Assembly (NCBI RefSeq): GCF_009914755.1
Contig: NC_060947.1
Length of the DNA: 64,000 nucleotides
Direction: 5' to 3' (one strand)
Source of the DNA: the human T2T-CHM13v2.0 reference genome, Homo sapiens
A program made the translations under genes and the position numbers. Every line of letters begins with the position of its first letter. Within the stretch, counting starts at the first letter, position 1. The notes beneath the pieces were generated by a model. The model saw only the letters and a program-made list of their open reading frames with translations, was not told where the DNA came from and searched no databases. Shown one piece after another: positions 16,581-31,555 of the stretch.

Positions 16581-19138
16581 AAACTTCCAAACTTGTTTTA
16601 TAAGGCTTATGTTACCCTAATACCAGAGCCAGACAAGAACACTACGAGAAAAGAAAATTACAGGCCAGTATCTTTAACAAATATATCTATAAAAATCCTC
16701 AACAAATGCTAGCAAACTGATTTTAACTGCATACTAAAATGATCACATACAGTAATCAATTGGCATTTATCCCTGGGATGCAAAGAGGTTTGACAAATCA
16801 ATAAATGTAATATACCACATTTACAGAATAAAAGATAAAAATCATATGGCCCCCTCAATAGATGCAAATAAGGCATTTGAAATAACTCAACAAACTTTGA
16901 TGATGAAAACTCAACTAATTTGGTATTCAAGAAATTTATCTCAACATAATAAAAAACCATATATGACAAATTTACAGCTAACGTCATACTCAATGATGCA
17001 AAGCCAAAAGTTTTTCCTCTAAGATCAGGAACAAGACAAGGATGCACACTCTCACCGTCGCTGCTCAACATAGTAGTGGAAGTCTTAGCCAGAACAATTA
17101 TGCAAGAGAAAAATATAAAAGGCATCCAATTTGGAAATGAAAAAGTAAAATTATCTCTGTTTGCAAATGGCACGATCATACGTGCAGAAATCCTGAAGAC
17201 TCCACCAAAAACGTTTAAAACTAATAAGCAAATTCAGTAATGTTTCAGGATACAAAATTAATATACAATACACACAAATCAGTAGCATATTTATAATCTC
17301 TGGAAAAGAAATTGAGAATAAAAACCCATTTACAATACTATTAAAACAATAAAATACTTTGGAATAAATTTAACAAAGGAGGTAAAGGACCTATACATTG
17401 AAAACTATAAAACACTGATGAAAGGAATTGACAAAGGCACAAATAAATGGAAAGATATCCCATGTTTATACATTGGAAGAATTAAAAATTAATGTATCTA
17501 CACTAACCAAAGGGATCTACATATTCAGTGCAATCTCTAAGAAAATTCCCGTGTCATTTTTCACAGAAATAGAAAATAAACCCTAAAATTCATATGAAGC
17601 CACAAAATACTCTGAATAGCCAAAGCAATCTCAAGTAAGGATAAACTTGGAAGCATCACTCCTAATGATTTCAAACTATATTACAAAGCTATAGTAATCA
17701 AAACAGGCTGATACTGGCATGAAAGCAGACACATAGATCAATTAAACAGAATAAAGAGGCCAGAACGAAATCCACATACTTACAGTCAACTGATCTTCAA
17801 CTAAGGTGCCAAGAACACATAACTGGTAAAGGATACACTCTTCAATAAATTGTGCTGGGAAAACTGGATATCCACATACAGAAAAATAAAGTAGGACCCT
17901 TATCTCCCACTACATGCAAACATTAACTCAAAGTGCATTGGAGATTTACATATAAGATTTGAAACTGTAAAACTCCTAGAAGAAAAGATAGAGGATAAAC
18001 TTCTTGACATTGGTCTGAGCGATATTTATATATTATATATATATATGACCCTCAAAGCACAGGTTAAAAAAGCAAAAATAGACAAATGAAATTACATCCA
18101 ACTAAAAAACTTCTGCACAGCAAAGGAAAGAATCAATGCAAAGAAGAGACAACCTGTGGAATGGGAGAATTACAACTACACAACACATAAAGGGTTAATA
18201 TCCAACCTATGTAAGGAACTAAATCAACTCAATAACAAGCAAACAAATAACTGAACTCAAAAATGAGCAAGGACATGAGTAGTCATTTCTCAAAAGAAGA
18301 TATATTAATGACCAACCTATATATGAGAAGGTGTGCAACATCACTAATCATTAGGGAAATGCAAATCCAAAAAACAATGAGCTATCAACTCACACCTGTT
18401 AGAATGGTGTTATCAAAAACTAAAAAGATAATTTTTGGTGAGTGTATGAATAACGGGAAATCCCTGTACTCTGTTAGTAGGAATGTCAATTGGTATAGTC
18501 ATTATGGAAATCTATGAAGCTTCCAGAAAAGTTAGGAACAGAACTACCATATAATCCAGCAATCCCACTACTGTGTATATATTCAAAGGATATGTAATCA
18601 GTATGTCAGAGATATCTGCACTCTCCTGTTTATTGTAGCAGCTTTTATAATAGGCAAGATGTGCAATCAACCTAAAGTCCATCAAAAGATGAATGGATAA
18701 AAAATGTAAGAGATATGTATGTGTGTATATGTATGTTTTTATGTGTATGTGTGTGTGTGTATTTCAGCATTCAAAAGGAAATAATGTCATTTGGGACAAC
18801 ATGAATGAATTTGGAGGATATTATGCTAAATGAAATAAGCCAGACACAATGAACACTGTAAATTTATATAATTTGTATTTATAATTTTTCCAAGCACAAT
18901 AAAGCTGAGAAAGCTGAGAAAAAAAGAAGAAGTATTTCTGTGCAGTAAACAATTTGTTTCTGTTTAAGTGCAGCTTTCTTATGCAAGTACTAAAGTAGTT
19001 TACACCAAGTAAGAGATGAGAATATCAATGAGAATATCCTGTTGATCCATTTTAATTAATTGTTGATATTTTACCATTTATTGTTTACATTCAGTAGACT
19101 CACATTGTGGAACTGAAAAATTCCATGGGTACCTATAG

Positions 19139-19594
<456 letters not shown>

Positions 19595-21098
19595 AAAGAA
19601 TGCTTTTTAATGAGATATTTCAGCTCAATTTGCCTTTAAAGTCTCTCAAATGACTTTATTAACTAGGGATGTTTCAAACCTCTGTGTTCAGCAGACAAAT
19701 ATAATGAAGCAACGGTAGGAAAATTGACGATGTTATGGCATTCATGTGCTCGTCGTAAACACCATAGCTTATCTCCATAGTTACTATATTTAGAAAGGAC
19801 ATCACCAAAAAGGATGGGGAATAAATCGTCCTATGGTCCATCCAAAAAGCTATGGACTCAGTATTTGGTATGAGCAAGGAAGAAGTCTAACGGAGCAACC
19901 ATTGAGCTGCAAGAGAGGCTGATTGAAAGGCTATTAGCTCAGATGCTGATTATGTAATCAGATAGGTGAGGTGATAATTTGTGTCAAGTGCTTAGGAAGC
20001 TCTTTAGACTAGAATAGTTAACAAGGGTGACTTCTTTCTGTCTAATAAATAAGGTATGAAGTACATTCCCATTAATAGATTATTTTAAAAAGAGATAAAG
20101 AGAAATCTAGGCTTCAAATTTTAAAAGGTGAATTAGGCACACAGATCTGTTTCTCTTCCTTGCCAAGTTCCCCTTGAAATTACCAAAAACATTTACAGTT
20201 GGGGGGCGGGGAGGAAGCTCTTGCAGTGCCAGAGAAATCAGAAAGGCAACAGGTAGTATACTAGAGATTTCAAAGAAATTTTGAATGGTACCAAGCAGAT
20301 GAGATGGAATTGATTGAGGAAAGAAGATTGAAAACCCTAGCCCCAACAGCCAAGGGGAAAAAAGATCCTTCTTGGGGCCCTAAAGAAGCTCCAAGGAAAT
20401 AGCTCAAGCGAAGGACTGAACTATGGAGCAACAATGATGATCACCACGGAATAGAGTGAATTTTGAATAGCTGAGGGCGTCTGTCACTTTCTCTCATCTC
20501 CTTCAGCATTCTGTGCTGGTGACTAGGACTCGGGCTCTTAGAGTCCTGAGAACTCCCCTCCAAATGAGGAAATCGGTTTGCCTGGAGAGGGCTCTTGGTG
20601 TAGATATTAATTCCTGAGAAAGTAAATTGTGAGGTAATGTGAATCTTCTTATGAATCATCGAGGGACAAAATAAATGAAGAGAGAAAACAAAACACACAA
20701 ACAAAAAACAATACAAGCTCCATCCAGAGTGAAATACTTCTTTTGGCACTTCTAAGCACTCTGTCAGTGGAGTACTTGAAAAACAAGTAAAGGAGATGAG
20801 TGGTTTAAAAAGCACTGGTAGAACTGAGATGCAGAAGAAATTTACTCTGGAAAGCAGGGACTATGGGCTATTTAACTAGCTAAGATGCATCTGAGAAATG
20901 GCCAGGATAGGATTTATTCTGAAGAGCCTGTCATACATTATCACACAGTACACATCCACATCCATGATAAACACGTAGAACATATAGGTCAGGACCAAGT
21001 GGGTACAAGTTGACTACTATTCATCTTTAGATTAGGAATCCCTCTTCTCCTCCTCCACCTTTGCCATCAAAAAACTCATGTGCACTTTAAATATGTGA

Positions 21099-21512
<414 letters not shown>

Positions 21513-23429
21513 TGATAATGAATGTGGTCCATTGACCTTTATTTCTCCTGAAAGCACACTTTATTTCTGGAAATGCAGATAAAGCACAACACGGGAAATC
21601 TCAATTCTAATTTATTTCTTTAAGATAAGCTGTTCAGTAGTCATGAGTTACCTGTCAGGACACTTGCAAACATTGGCAAGTCTGGGTTAAAGACTCAAAT
21701 AAGTAAACGTGAATGCTTTCTTCTCTCCTCTCTCGGCAGTCTTCTAGGGAGCACACCCTTCTCCAGGGAATACAGGGAAGCTTGGGTGTTGAGATTTGAC
21801 AGATAAGAAGGTCTTGCAGTTATTTATAAAATCCACTTGTATAAAATAGCTTCTGGAGTGCTCAGGTTGTGTATTTCCTGTGAGTTCTGCCTTTGCAGCT
21901 GCAGCTTAGCATAAAGGTGGAAAGCTGAATAGCACACAAGCTGAATGAATAGGTTAGCTGGCAAAGGCCAGCCCTGCTTTTTTAATATTTGCACACAAAT
22001 AATTAAGTACCTTATGAGCAATCCACAAGGGTAAGAAGGGAAAAATAACTTCTAGCAATGATTAGGGAATGCTTTATGGAATGGGGGCTGGATCTGAAAT
22101 GGACCTCTCACAATACATAAATTTCAGTCCCTAGCACACTCTTAACATAATAGTCATTTTAAAATGCCTACATCATGCCTTATTAAAAAGTATATTCAAT
22201 ATTCATTGGCTGATCTTCATCTGTTTAAGATAAATTTTCAAAAAATCCAAATGACATTAGGAGTTAAGACTGATGAAAAAAGTAAATGATCAACTTTGTT
22301 TTGGTCAAAAGCAAGGTCTGGCAAGAAAAGAATAAAATTAATTATATCTGTTCATGGAAAAATAGTTGGGAAGGTGATTCCAGAGTAGAATGCCTGAACA
22401 TTGGTATAATAAGTGTATCACTTCCACAAGAAGCAAAATAGAAGAATTTGCGCTATTTGGAGCAAAGTGCATTTTGTCAGGACAGAAACACATTATGGTG
22501 CTTTATTAATCACCTATGACCAACAGAGATGGACACAGAGGGGAAGATAAATTTGGTAATATTGGTAGGCAAGGGAAATTAAGTGAATATAGCCCCAGGC
22601 AGCAATGGGCCCAGGTCAAGACTCACATATCAGAAAAAAAGTCCAAAAAGATTGATGGAGAACTTGACAGTTATAAGTTGAGAATAATTCTAGGTGAAAA
22701 AACAGGAAACAATTATAATAGCATATGATTTCAACTACAATAAATAGCATTGATAGGAAAACCTATCCATCTGTCTGTCTCTCTGTCTGCCTGTCTGAAA
22801 GAAAGAGATGCCTACAAGATGGCTGAATTTCACAGGTACCGCCACAGCTGTGCAAACTGGTGGTGATCTCAGATACCTGGGAAGATTGGGAAGCAATTGC
22901 TGTAATGTCAATTCGGTTTGACTATAAACAGAAATAAAGAAAGAAGATTGTACCCAAAACCCGGGCAAAAGAAGGGATATAGAGACATTGCTGTCCGTAT
23001 AATGTCTGTGGGTAACTGGCTCTTTGGCCTTCTGATATAGGAGTTGAAGGGCTTTCTAAATGCTATCAGTGGTTACTGAAATGTTTCTCCTTGCCCTGTT
23101 GGACCCTGGTGATGGGGAGAAGTAAACTAGATCAAACTGTGAACATCTTGGATAGACTAAGCCAGAGTACAGAATCACAGTTCTGGTTTCTTGAATTTAA
23201 ACATGTTATCATTGGGTAGTCATATTCAGAAAAAAAATGCTAAATGTTCAAGTTAACTTGCCTGGAGTGATACTGCAAACCATTAAGAAGAAATTAATTA
23301 TAGGTGCCCCCAAATTTTGCAGCATTTTACTTAATGATCATTATTTTTAGGTGCTACAAATATTTATTGAATTTTATTTTTACTTCAATACTTAGTGTTT
23401 GAAGAATGTCTTGAAATTGCCTTTCTCCC

Positions 23430-23690
23430 TGGCTACTGTTGTAAACACTGTTGGATTTCTACCCTATAGCTATACCTCTCCCTCCTTCCTTGCTAGCACA
23501 AACAAGCTTTTGTTCAACCTCTTTTGATTTGCAATGTCCTTCCCCAGGCTTGTGTGATGAGTTTTGATTGGCCTCTAAACCAAGAATGGCTGGTTTCATC
23601 CCTCTTGGAAAATGACTGGTTTAGGCATGGGCAAGTGATGTAATTCTGGCCAGGGAGATTTTACAAGTCTGCTGAAGACTTCTGGGAAGA
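23430..23690 (+). mobile_element. MLT1-type LTR fragment
   Basis: TGATTGGCCTCTAAACCAA...TGACTGGTTTAGGCATGGGCAAGTGATGTAATTCTGGCCA. Confidence 0.5.
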
Positions 23691-24415
23691 AAAGGAACAT
23701 ATGAGAGATACGTACTCTTGTTTTGAGGATCAAGTAAGCTAATATATGTAAACCACATAGAACAGTCAATAACTGACTGACACATAACAATCTAACAATT
23801 GCTAGGGATTGCTATTGTTGATGTTGCTGTTGTAATTGTTAGGGTGTGGCATCCTTCAGTGGCCATGACACCCTAGACACGGTATAAGATGTGTACACTT
23901 CACTTTTATCAATATAGCTAAAACAAACATTAGCCTACAGTGGGTCACTGCTTATGGATGTGCACAGACACAGGAAGAGTTTTGATAAGAACTGAGAAAG
24001 TCAAGCACTCCAAAATTTTTTCAAGTGAAACATGCAGATCTGGTTCAGAGCTGACGGATGTAGGTATGGAGAAAGAGTATTCATCCCACTGTAGCCATGC
24101 AGAGTTCTGATGCCCCACAGTAGAACAAGAGAATAACATAATAATCTCACAGAACTTGTATTTTTTTTTTATAATTCTCCATTTGCTATCCCGCTCCAGC
24201 CCCCTGAACCAAATATTTCTACGTGTGTAATGTATGTATATTATGTATTGACTACATGGTAATAATAAGATTACAAGACCTGAAATTATTTAATAATATG
24301 CTCCAGAAAATGAAAATCTCAAATTTATTACAGAAGCATTTGAATTTACAGATGATTTTTATTTTCATTCACTTATTGCTAATACGAATACTAATGGAAA
24401 TATTTAGAAATAGTG

Positions 24416-25452
24416 CAAAAGCAAAAAGTGACAAATGAGATCTAATTAACTAAAGAGCTTATGCATAGCAAAAGTAACTATCAACAGAGTAAAGAGACAA
24501 CCTACAGAATGGGCAAACATTTTTGCAAACTATGCGTCTTACAAAAGTCTAATACTATCCAGCACCTATAAGAAACTTAAACAAATTTACAAGAAAAAAA
24601 ACCCGCTCCATTAAAAAGTGGGCAAAATATATGAACAGATCCTTTTCAAAAGAAGACACACATGCAGCCAACAAGCATATGAAAAAACCTCAATATCACT
24701 GATCATGAGAGAAATGCAAATCAAAACCACAATGAGATACAATCTCACACCAGTCAGGATGGTTATTATTAAAAAGTCAAAAACTAATAGATGCTGGCGA
24801 GGTTGTGGAGAAAGGGAATGCTTATACACTGTTGCTGTGAGTGTAAATTAGTTCACCCATTCTGGAAAGCAGTGGCTCTTCCTTAAAGAACTTGAAACAG
24901 AACTACCATTTGACCCAGCAATCCCATTGCTGATTAAATACCCAAAGTAATATAAATCATTCTACCATAAAGACACATGCCCACATATGTTTGCTGCAGT
25001 ACCATTCACAATAGCAAAGACGTGAAGTCAACCTAAATGCCCATGAGTGACAGATTGGATAAAGAAAATGTGGTACATATACACCATGAAATACTATGCA
25101 GCCACAAAGAAGAATGAGATCATGTCATTTGCAGGAATATGGATGGAGCTGGAGGCCATTACCCTTAGCAAACTAATATAGGAACAGAAAACCACATACC
25201 ACGTCCTCTCACTTATTAGTGGGAGCTAAATGATGAGAACAAATGGACACAAAGAAGGGAACAAAAGACACTGGGTCTACTTGAGGGTGGGGGAGTGGAG
25301 GGAGAGGAGCAGAAAAAATAAATATTGGATATTAGGCTTAGTACCTGGGTGATGAAATAATCGTACAACGAACCTCTGTGACAGGGGGTTTTTCTACATA
25401 ACAAACCTGCACGTGTGCCCCTGAACCTAAAATAAAAGTTTTTTTAAAAAAG
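24416..25452 (+). mobile_element. 5'-truncated L1 (L1PA15/16-PB-like), ~1 kb
   Basis: ORF2 C-terminus (REMQIKTTMRY.LTPVRM, CWRGCGE), 3' UTR and A tail. TSD GAAATAGTG at 24407-24415 and 25453-25461. Confidence 0.9.
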
Positions 25453-26059
25453 GAAATAGTGGTTATGCAGAACACAAATGCCATTTCCTCCCTGACCTCT
25501 CAGTCAAGATGTGAAAGTATAACAAGTATGAATATTAAGTATTCTAGTTTTATATCTCATGCATATTTAAATCCTACTTAATGTTAACAAGACTCATTAA
25601 TAAGCAAAAAAAAAACTTTCGGCAGCATAAAATAACACGATGCCACACTAGTTCATGACTTAAAAGTTAAAATTTATGTTAAAATATTAGCAAATGACAT
25701 ATCCACACTTATTTCAGTATTTGCAAATGTGTACCTGCCTTCATTCTTTAACTCGAAAAGAATCAACTTTTCTTTATAGGGATGTCAGGGGTGCTTTTGA
25801 GGAAGTTCCATTTTCCACTAGGCAGAAGATTAGACCAGATGATGCTAGAAAGGGTGTGAATTAACTCCAGCTGCTATCTAGATACTAGATGGTAGGATAT
25901 TGGCCTGGCACTTTCTTGTTTAAGGCAAGGCTTCCCCCTCAACTGTATCGCAATTTCCCCTCCATAAAATAAGATGCTATATCAAAAGTTCTTTCCCAGA
26001 TCTAAGATCTGAAAATCCTCTTCACAAAATGTTGCAGAAAAAATACTATGCATTTACCA

Positions 26060-26450
26060 TATATTTTCATTTTTCTCCAGGATACACAGAAAGACTACAT
26101 TTTCCAGTCTACCCTTACACATAGGTGGAGCCATATGACCCAGTTCTGGGGGACGGAGTCTGGTGTAGGTGATACATGCCACTTCCCGGCCTGATCCCTG
26201 AACTGTTCCATGCAATCTTCCACTCTCCCTCTCTTTCCCCATATGCAGGGGTGGATGTGAAGCAATATAAGATGTGAGAAGACAAATCCCCGAGGTTATT
26301 GCTGAGAGTAGAGCTACACAGGAGAAAGTCTCAACTGCAAACACCTACATCACATTTGTTGCAAACGAGAAACAAATCCATATTAAGTTACAGTACTGCA
26401 AATTTCAGGTGGTATGCTACTGCCAAAAATGAGCATTAGCCTGACTAATA
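26060..26450 (+). mobile_element. MLT1-type LTR fragment
   Basis: AGACTACATTTTCCAG..., GCCATATGACCCAGTTCTGG, GCCACTTCCCGGCCTG, TAGCCTGACTAATACA end. Confidence 0.6.
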
Positions 26451-26740
26451 CAAACACACGTGTATATAAAACACACAAAGTCAGATCTACTGTCATAAAT
26501 ATTGACAGCAAAGGCTGAACACCAGTCAGAGCATGTCTCTTGGCTAGAATTGCGGTTTGTAATACATGGCTCTAGGAATAGATAAGGAAGAATGACAGCA
26601 CCAATGCAAAACAGCATCTGAATACTTTACAGCGGAGCTAACGAGTCATTTTAAAAATGCTTTTTACCTTTTAAATCTTATAAATTCTTATGGAAATGCA
26701 TACAATTGAAGCAATTACTACTTTAAAACTATGTGTTGTT

Positions 26741-27033
26741 GGCTGGGCACGGTGGCTCACGCCTGGAATCCCAGCACTTTGGGAGGCTGAGGCGGGTGGA
26801 TCACTTGAGGTCAGGAGTTGGAGACCAGCCTGACCAATATGGTGAAACCCCGTCTCTGCTAAAAATACAAAAATTAGCAGGGCGTGGTGCCACGCGCCTG
26901 TAATCCCAGCTACTCGTAGGCTGAGGCAGGAGAATCGCTTGAACCCAGGAAGCAGAGGTTGCAGTGAGCCGAGATCATGCCACTGCACTCCAGCCTGGGT
27001 GACAGAGTGAGACTCTGTCAAAAGAAAAAAAAT
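26741..27033 (+). mobile_element. AluS (Sz/Sx-like)
   Basis: Full Alu. TSD ACTATGTGTTGTT at 26728-26740 and 27034-27046. Confidence 0.92.
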
Positions 27034-27072
27034 ACTATGTGTTGTTAGGTTCAATAATGTATTAACAATGTA

Positions 27073-27160
27073 TTTGGTTGGGTGCACAAGTAATTTCGGT
27101 TTTCTTAGATTGGGTTCAGAAGTAATTGCAAAAACCACTCTTGCTTTTATACCAAGCTAA
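27073..27160. mobile_element. MADE-type mariner MITE (Hsmar-derived), degenerate
   Basis: TTTGGTTGGGTGCACAAGTAATTTCGGTTTT ... GCAAAAACCACTCTTGCTTTTATACCAAGCTAA resembles the MADE1 palindromic TIRs. Flanked by TA at 27071-72 and 27161-62. Confidence 0.75.
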
Positions 27161-27387
27161 TAGATTGTCTTGAAATATAAACTACAACCCAAGCATTGGG
27201 TTTTGTATATACATACAAAAAATTAAGTGTAAAATACCATATTCTGCCTTAAAGGTATTTATAAATATCCATTTAACATTTATAACCATTATTAATATTC
27301 AATAAAATCTACAAAATAACTCTGAAACAACACTTTATAATCTCAATTTTATATAACAAGAAATGGAAATACTTTAGAAATACAGTT

Positions 27388-27525
27388 GGGCTGAGTGCAG
27401 TGGGTGATGTCTGTAATCCTAGCACTCTGTGAGGCCAAGGCAGGAGGATCACTTGAAGCCAGGAGTTTTAGATCAGCCTGGGAAACATACTGAGACCCTG
27501 TGTCTACAAAATCAATAAGAAAGAA
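27388..27525 (+). mobile_element. FLAM-type free Alu monomer
   Basis: Single left arm GGCTGAGTGCAGTGG...GGATCACTTGAAGCCAGGAG...GAGACCCTGTGTCTACAAAA. Confidence 0.8.
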
Positions 27526-27692
27526 AGAAGTCTGAGCAGTATTCATCATATGAAATAATATTCAAACCACTCACAGAATAATCCTTAAAAGTCAACTAAG
27601 TCCAAAGCTGTGAGAAGAGTAAAGAGGATGTATTTACTCCCTCTCTTTACATTTGTGTATATTTGAACATTTTTTGAAAAAAAATTAAAAGC

Positions 27693-28232
27693 TATGGGGC
27701 AGAATACAGGCTCCCCACAAAAATATCCACATCCTAATCCCCAGAGCCTACGAATATGTTTCATTATGTGTCAAAGGGGAATTAAGGTTGTAGGTAGAAT
27801 TTGGACTGCTAACCACCGGATTGTGAGAAGGGGAGACTATCCTGGATTTTCTGGGTGGGTCTGATGTAATCTCAAAGATCCTAACAAACAAAACAGGGAG
27901 GAAGAAGAGTTAGAATCAGGGAAAAAGATGGGATGCCAGAAGCAGGGTTATAATAGTTCAGTGTGAGAATAATTGGACCAGCCATTATTGGCTTAAAAGA
28001 TTTAGAAAGGCATCACGGGCCAAGGAATGCAGGTGGTCTCTAGACATTGGAAAAGGCAAGGAATGGATTCTGTCCTGGCACCTCCAAAAGGTGGCAGTCC
28101 TGCCAATACCTTGATATTATCCCAGTGAGACCCATTTCAGACCTCTGACTTCCTGTGAGATCATAAATGTGTGTTGTTTTAAGCCGCCCAGTTGGTAGTA
28201 ATTGATTACAGCAGCATTTGAAAACTAGTACA
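27693..28232 (+). mobile_element. MLT1D/E-like solo LTR
   Basis: CCACATCCTAATCCCCAGAG..., GCCAAGGAATGCAGG..., GGAAAAGGCAAGGAATGGATTCT, ends AAACTAGTACA. TSD-like AAAGC/AAAGA. Confidence 0.8.
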
Positions 28233-28879
28233 AAAGAGGGAAAACAAGTCTTGTTGAGTATCTGTGCTTGGCACTGTAGCAGTCACTTGGAGAGATGCCA
28301 AAATGGTATGATCCCTGCCCACAAGCTGCTTACTATCTGTTCTAAGAGATAAGACTAACACAAGAAATACCTAGGGGGTAATAAAAGATGACATGTTTAG
28401 AGCTAAAATGAGGGATGCAGAGGGTAAGAGCTACTGGAATTCTGACCACATAAACAGACATAAATTACCTAGCCTGGCTTGGTCCTAACAAGTTCTGTAG
28501 GTAGAAAAGAATGGCATTGGAGAACTGCTGATGTGGTTGGGTTATCTGTCATTGCACTGTACTGCTGGCCTCACATGCTACAGATGAGATTCTGGGGTGT
28601 CTGAAGGGAGCCTGAAGTGATGGGTAGGTCTCATCTCCACAATAATGGACTGTCATTCAAAGAAGAATCACTCAGCACTGGCAACAAAAATAATCCATTA
28701 ACCTATATCTTCCTGGCCTCCTAAAGAAACTCTCCCCTCAAAAAATGTCCCAGCTGAAGTTGTTGCCATACTAGCTCTGGAATGCATCGATATCATCACT
28801 CATTTTCTCATTTCAGCCCCCTACCCTTCTTTACAAGCTAACTGATACAACCATTCGGCCTCTCCAAATCCCTGCAATT

Positions 28880-29080
28880 TTTCTCTACATGTGGGAACTC
28901 AGCCATGGGAACTTAGATGGCTTCACCATCCTACGCTTTGGGGTCCTAATCTGTAAAATGAAAAGGATACTAGCATCTATCCCATAGGGTAGTCGGATGT
29001 GAGGATTGAGACACAGTAAGAGAAAGTGTTTATTACACTACCAGGAAAGTCCTCAATTAAAGTGCAGTACGATTGTTATC
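28880..29080 (+). mobile_element. MIR
   Basis: CTAATCTGTAAAATGAAA...CCATAGGGT...GTGAGGATT core. Confidence 0.6.
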
Positions 29081-30343
29081 GTTCATTGATGCTAATTGAT
29101 CATAAATAGAGTAATTATATGCCAAGTTTGCGTGTGACATTTCAGCTTTAAACTTGTGGTCTCAACTTAGTTATCAATAGCATCCCTTTTCCTTCACAAA
29201 ATGTTCCCACACTCTACCTTAACGATAAGGAACAAGACAAGAAGGCAATTGTTAGAACTCAGTCATCATATTAGTATAGGCAGAAAAGATGATTTACAGT
29301 AAAACATCTGCCTCAGCTTGTTAAATCCTGACTGCCTAAGGAACAGGGTTGGTGCTAGAACCAGTGACACGACTGAGTTTCTGCAACAAGCCAAGGGTAT
29401 CAAAAAGCCATGAGTATATGACTTCAGAGAGATGTGATATTTTTCGTCTCCTTGAACATTTTTTTCTTCACCCTCCCTAATCCAGAGAGAAAGTGGGGAT
29501 TAGAGAGCTAACTCTGCTGCCATTTGATTATTTCAAGTAGGTATTTTTGTCTGTCTACCTAGAAAGAACAAAGTCAAATCCTTTTGATATCGAATTGCCT
29601 TGACGCTTTAAAGCACCGGAGCTGTGATTATGGTCTGAAAATAGCTCTTGACATAAAACACAGATTAAAGATTCAGGTGAGTTTAGAGATGGGTTCTCCT
29701 GAGTTTTAAGGAGGCTAAAATCAGGGTTAGACCAAACAACAATTTAGTATAGGGATAAGATAAGGAGTTATATCTGAACATTTATTCTTTATAATAGCTT
29801 TTCCTTTAGAACTATCTCTTTCAATCTTTACATTCATAATTTTATGTCTGTCTCTATTTCTCTATAAGTATATATGTGTGTATCCATGCTACACTGCAGA
29901 AAATAAGCATAAAAATAAAACACATGAAGCATGCATGCTTGTACGTGCTTCATGAACATTTTGAAAGAGTATATCTCTGGAGAGTGAGAAAGGAGAGATT
30001 CATGGGGGTAGGTAAATTTTATACTTTACTGTATAGTTAATATGCTTCTGTGTCATTTTACTGTCTTTACAATAAGCATGTCACTTTTGTAATTTAAAAA
30101 AGTCAAAATGTTATTATTTTGATTTTTAAGCGTAACTAGGTGGAAAAGGCATGTAAATATTCCTTCTAGGATTAGGTATTCATAGACAAGATTGTTTGAC
30201 CAAAAGAGTAAGGTTATAAATTGACATAATATGTTAATTGAAGGTCAAATAAGAGGAAATAAACAGCCTATTGATAGCATAACAGCTCCACCTTATAACA
30301 TCCATACTCAAAAAACCCATTTACTTCTTAAAACCTATGAAAT

Positions 30344-30930
30344 TGTGGCAAGAATTCTAAAAGACCCCATTGTTGTATGAACTCTATAGAATCCTTTCCC
30401 CTTGAATATGGGCAATACTTGAATACGATAGGATTTCACTCACATGAGTATGTGAGTATGCTAGGAAACAAGGAAAGGTAAAGGGATTTTGTAGATATAA
30501 TGAACTGAGGTCTCTATTAAATTGACTTTAAGTTAATCAAAAGGGAGATTTTCCTTGGTGAGCCCTTCAAAACTGAGCCCAGAGCTCAGAGACAGGAGAA
30601 GCAGCAGAAGATACTTTCCTTTGACCGTCATGTTGTATAGTGCAACATGCGACAGGGAATGGCAAAAAGACTAAATGCTGAAAGCCTTGTTCTACAGACC
30701 CAAGACACTGAATTCTGCCAATTACCAACGAGCTTGGGAGAAAAATCCAAACTTCAGATGAGACCACAGCCCTGCCAGACATCTTGGTTGCAGCTTGTTC
30801 AGACCCTGAGCAGAGAATCCAGCTAAGTGTGCCTGGACTCCTGACCCACGTAAACTGTGAGACAAGTGTGTGCTGTTTTAAGCTGTTAATTATGTGCTAA
30901 TTTGTCAGACAATGATATAAAACTAACACA
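30344..30930 (+). mobile_element. MLT1E/F-like solo LTR
   Basis: TGTGGCAAGAATTCTAA ... CCTGAGCAGAGAATCCAGCTAAG...CCTGACCCAC..AAACTGTGAGA...AAACTAACACA. Confidence 0.78.
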
Positions 30931-31109
30931 AGGATTATATCAAGTTTCTTGCCTGGCATTCAAGACCAGCCTCCATTTCTTGTTTTCACAAAATCATCTT
31001 CTTCTGCTCTTTCTTGTAGCCCAAGATATTTATCTATACAAGGACACATAAATATGCAGTCACCCTCCACATGCTTGCTCATACCATTACCTCAGAAAGA
31101 GATGACATA

Positions 31110-31555
31110 GAGGAATGGTTAAATGCATGGGTAGTAGACCAGTGCTGTCCACCAGAAATGTCTGTGATGATGGAAATGTTCTATATTTATGCTGTCCACT
31201 ATGGTAGCCACTAGCCAAATATGGCTCTTGAGCATTTGAAATGTGGTTAGTACAACCAAGGAACTGAATTTTAATTCTATTTAATTTCAGTACATTTAAA
31301 TTTAAATAGACACCAGTGACTTCCAGATTGAGCAGGACAATTCTAGAGTCAGACAATCTGAGTCCAGCTTCCAGCTCCACTACTTAGTTATATGATCTTG
31401 CATAAGTTCTTTCACCTACTTGTGCCTCAGTTTTCTAATGATTTGGTCTTCCTCATCGGGTTGTTGTGAGCCTTAAATGAGTTACTACTTGTGATGTAGT
31501 CAAAAGAGCACCTTGTACATAGTAAGCATCATATATGTTTGTCAAATAAATAAGT
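31110..31555 (+). mobile_element. MIR with nested MER3-like hAT DNA transposon (31140-31340)
   Basis: MER3 starts CAGTGCTGTCCA...TGTGATGATGGAAATGTTCTATAT next to a TCTAGA-like hAT target. The MIR core GTGCCTCAGTTTTC...GGGTTGTTGTGAG follows. Confidence 0.78.
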
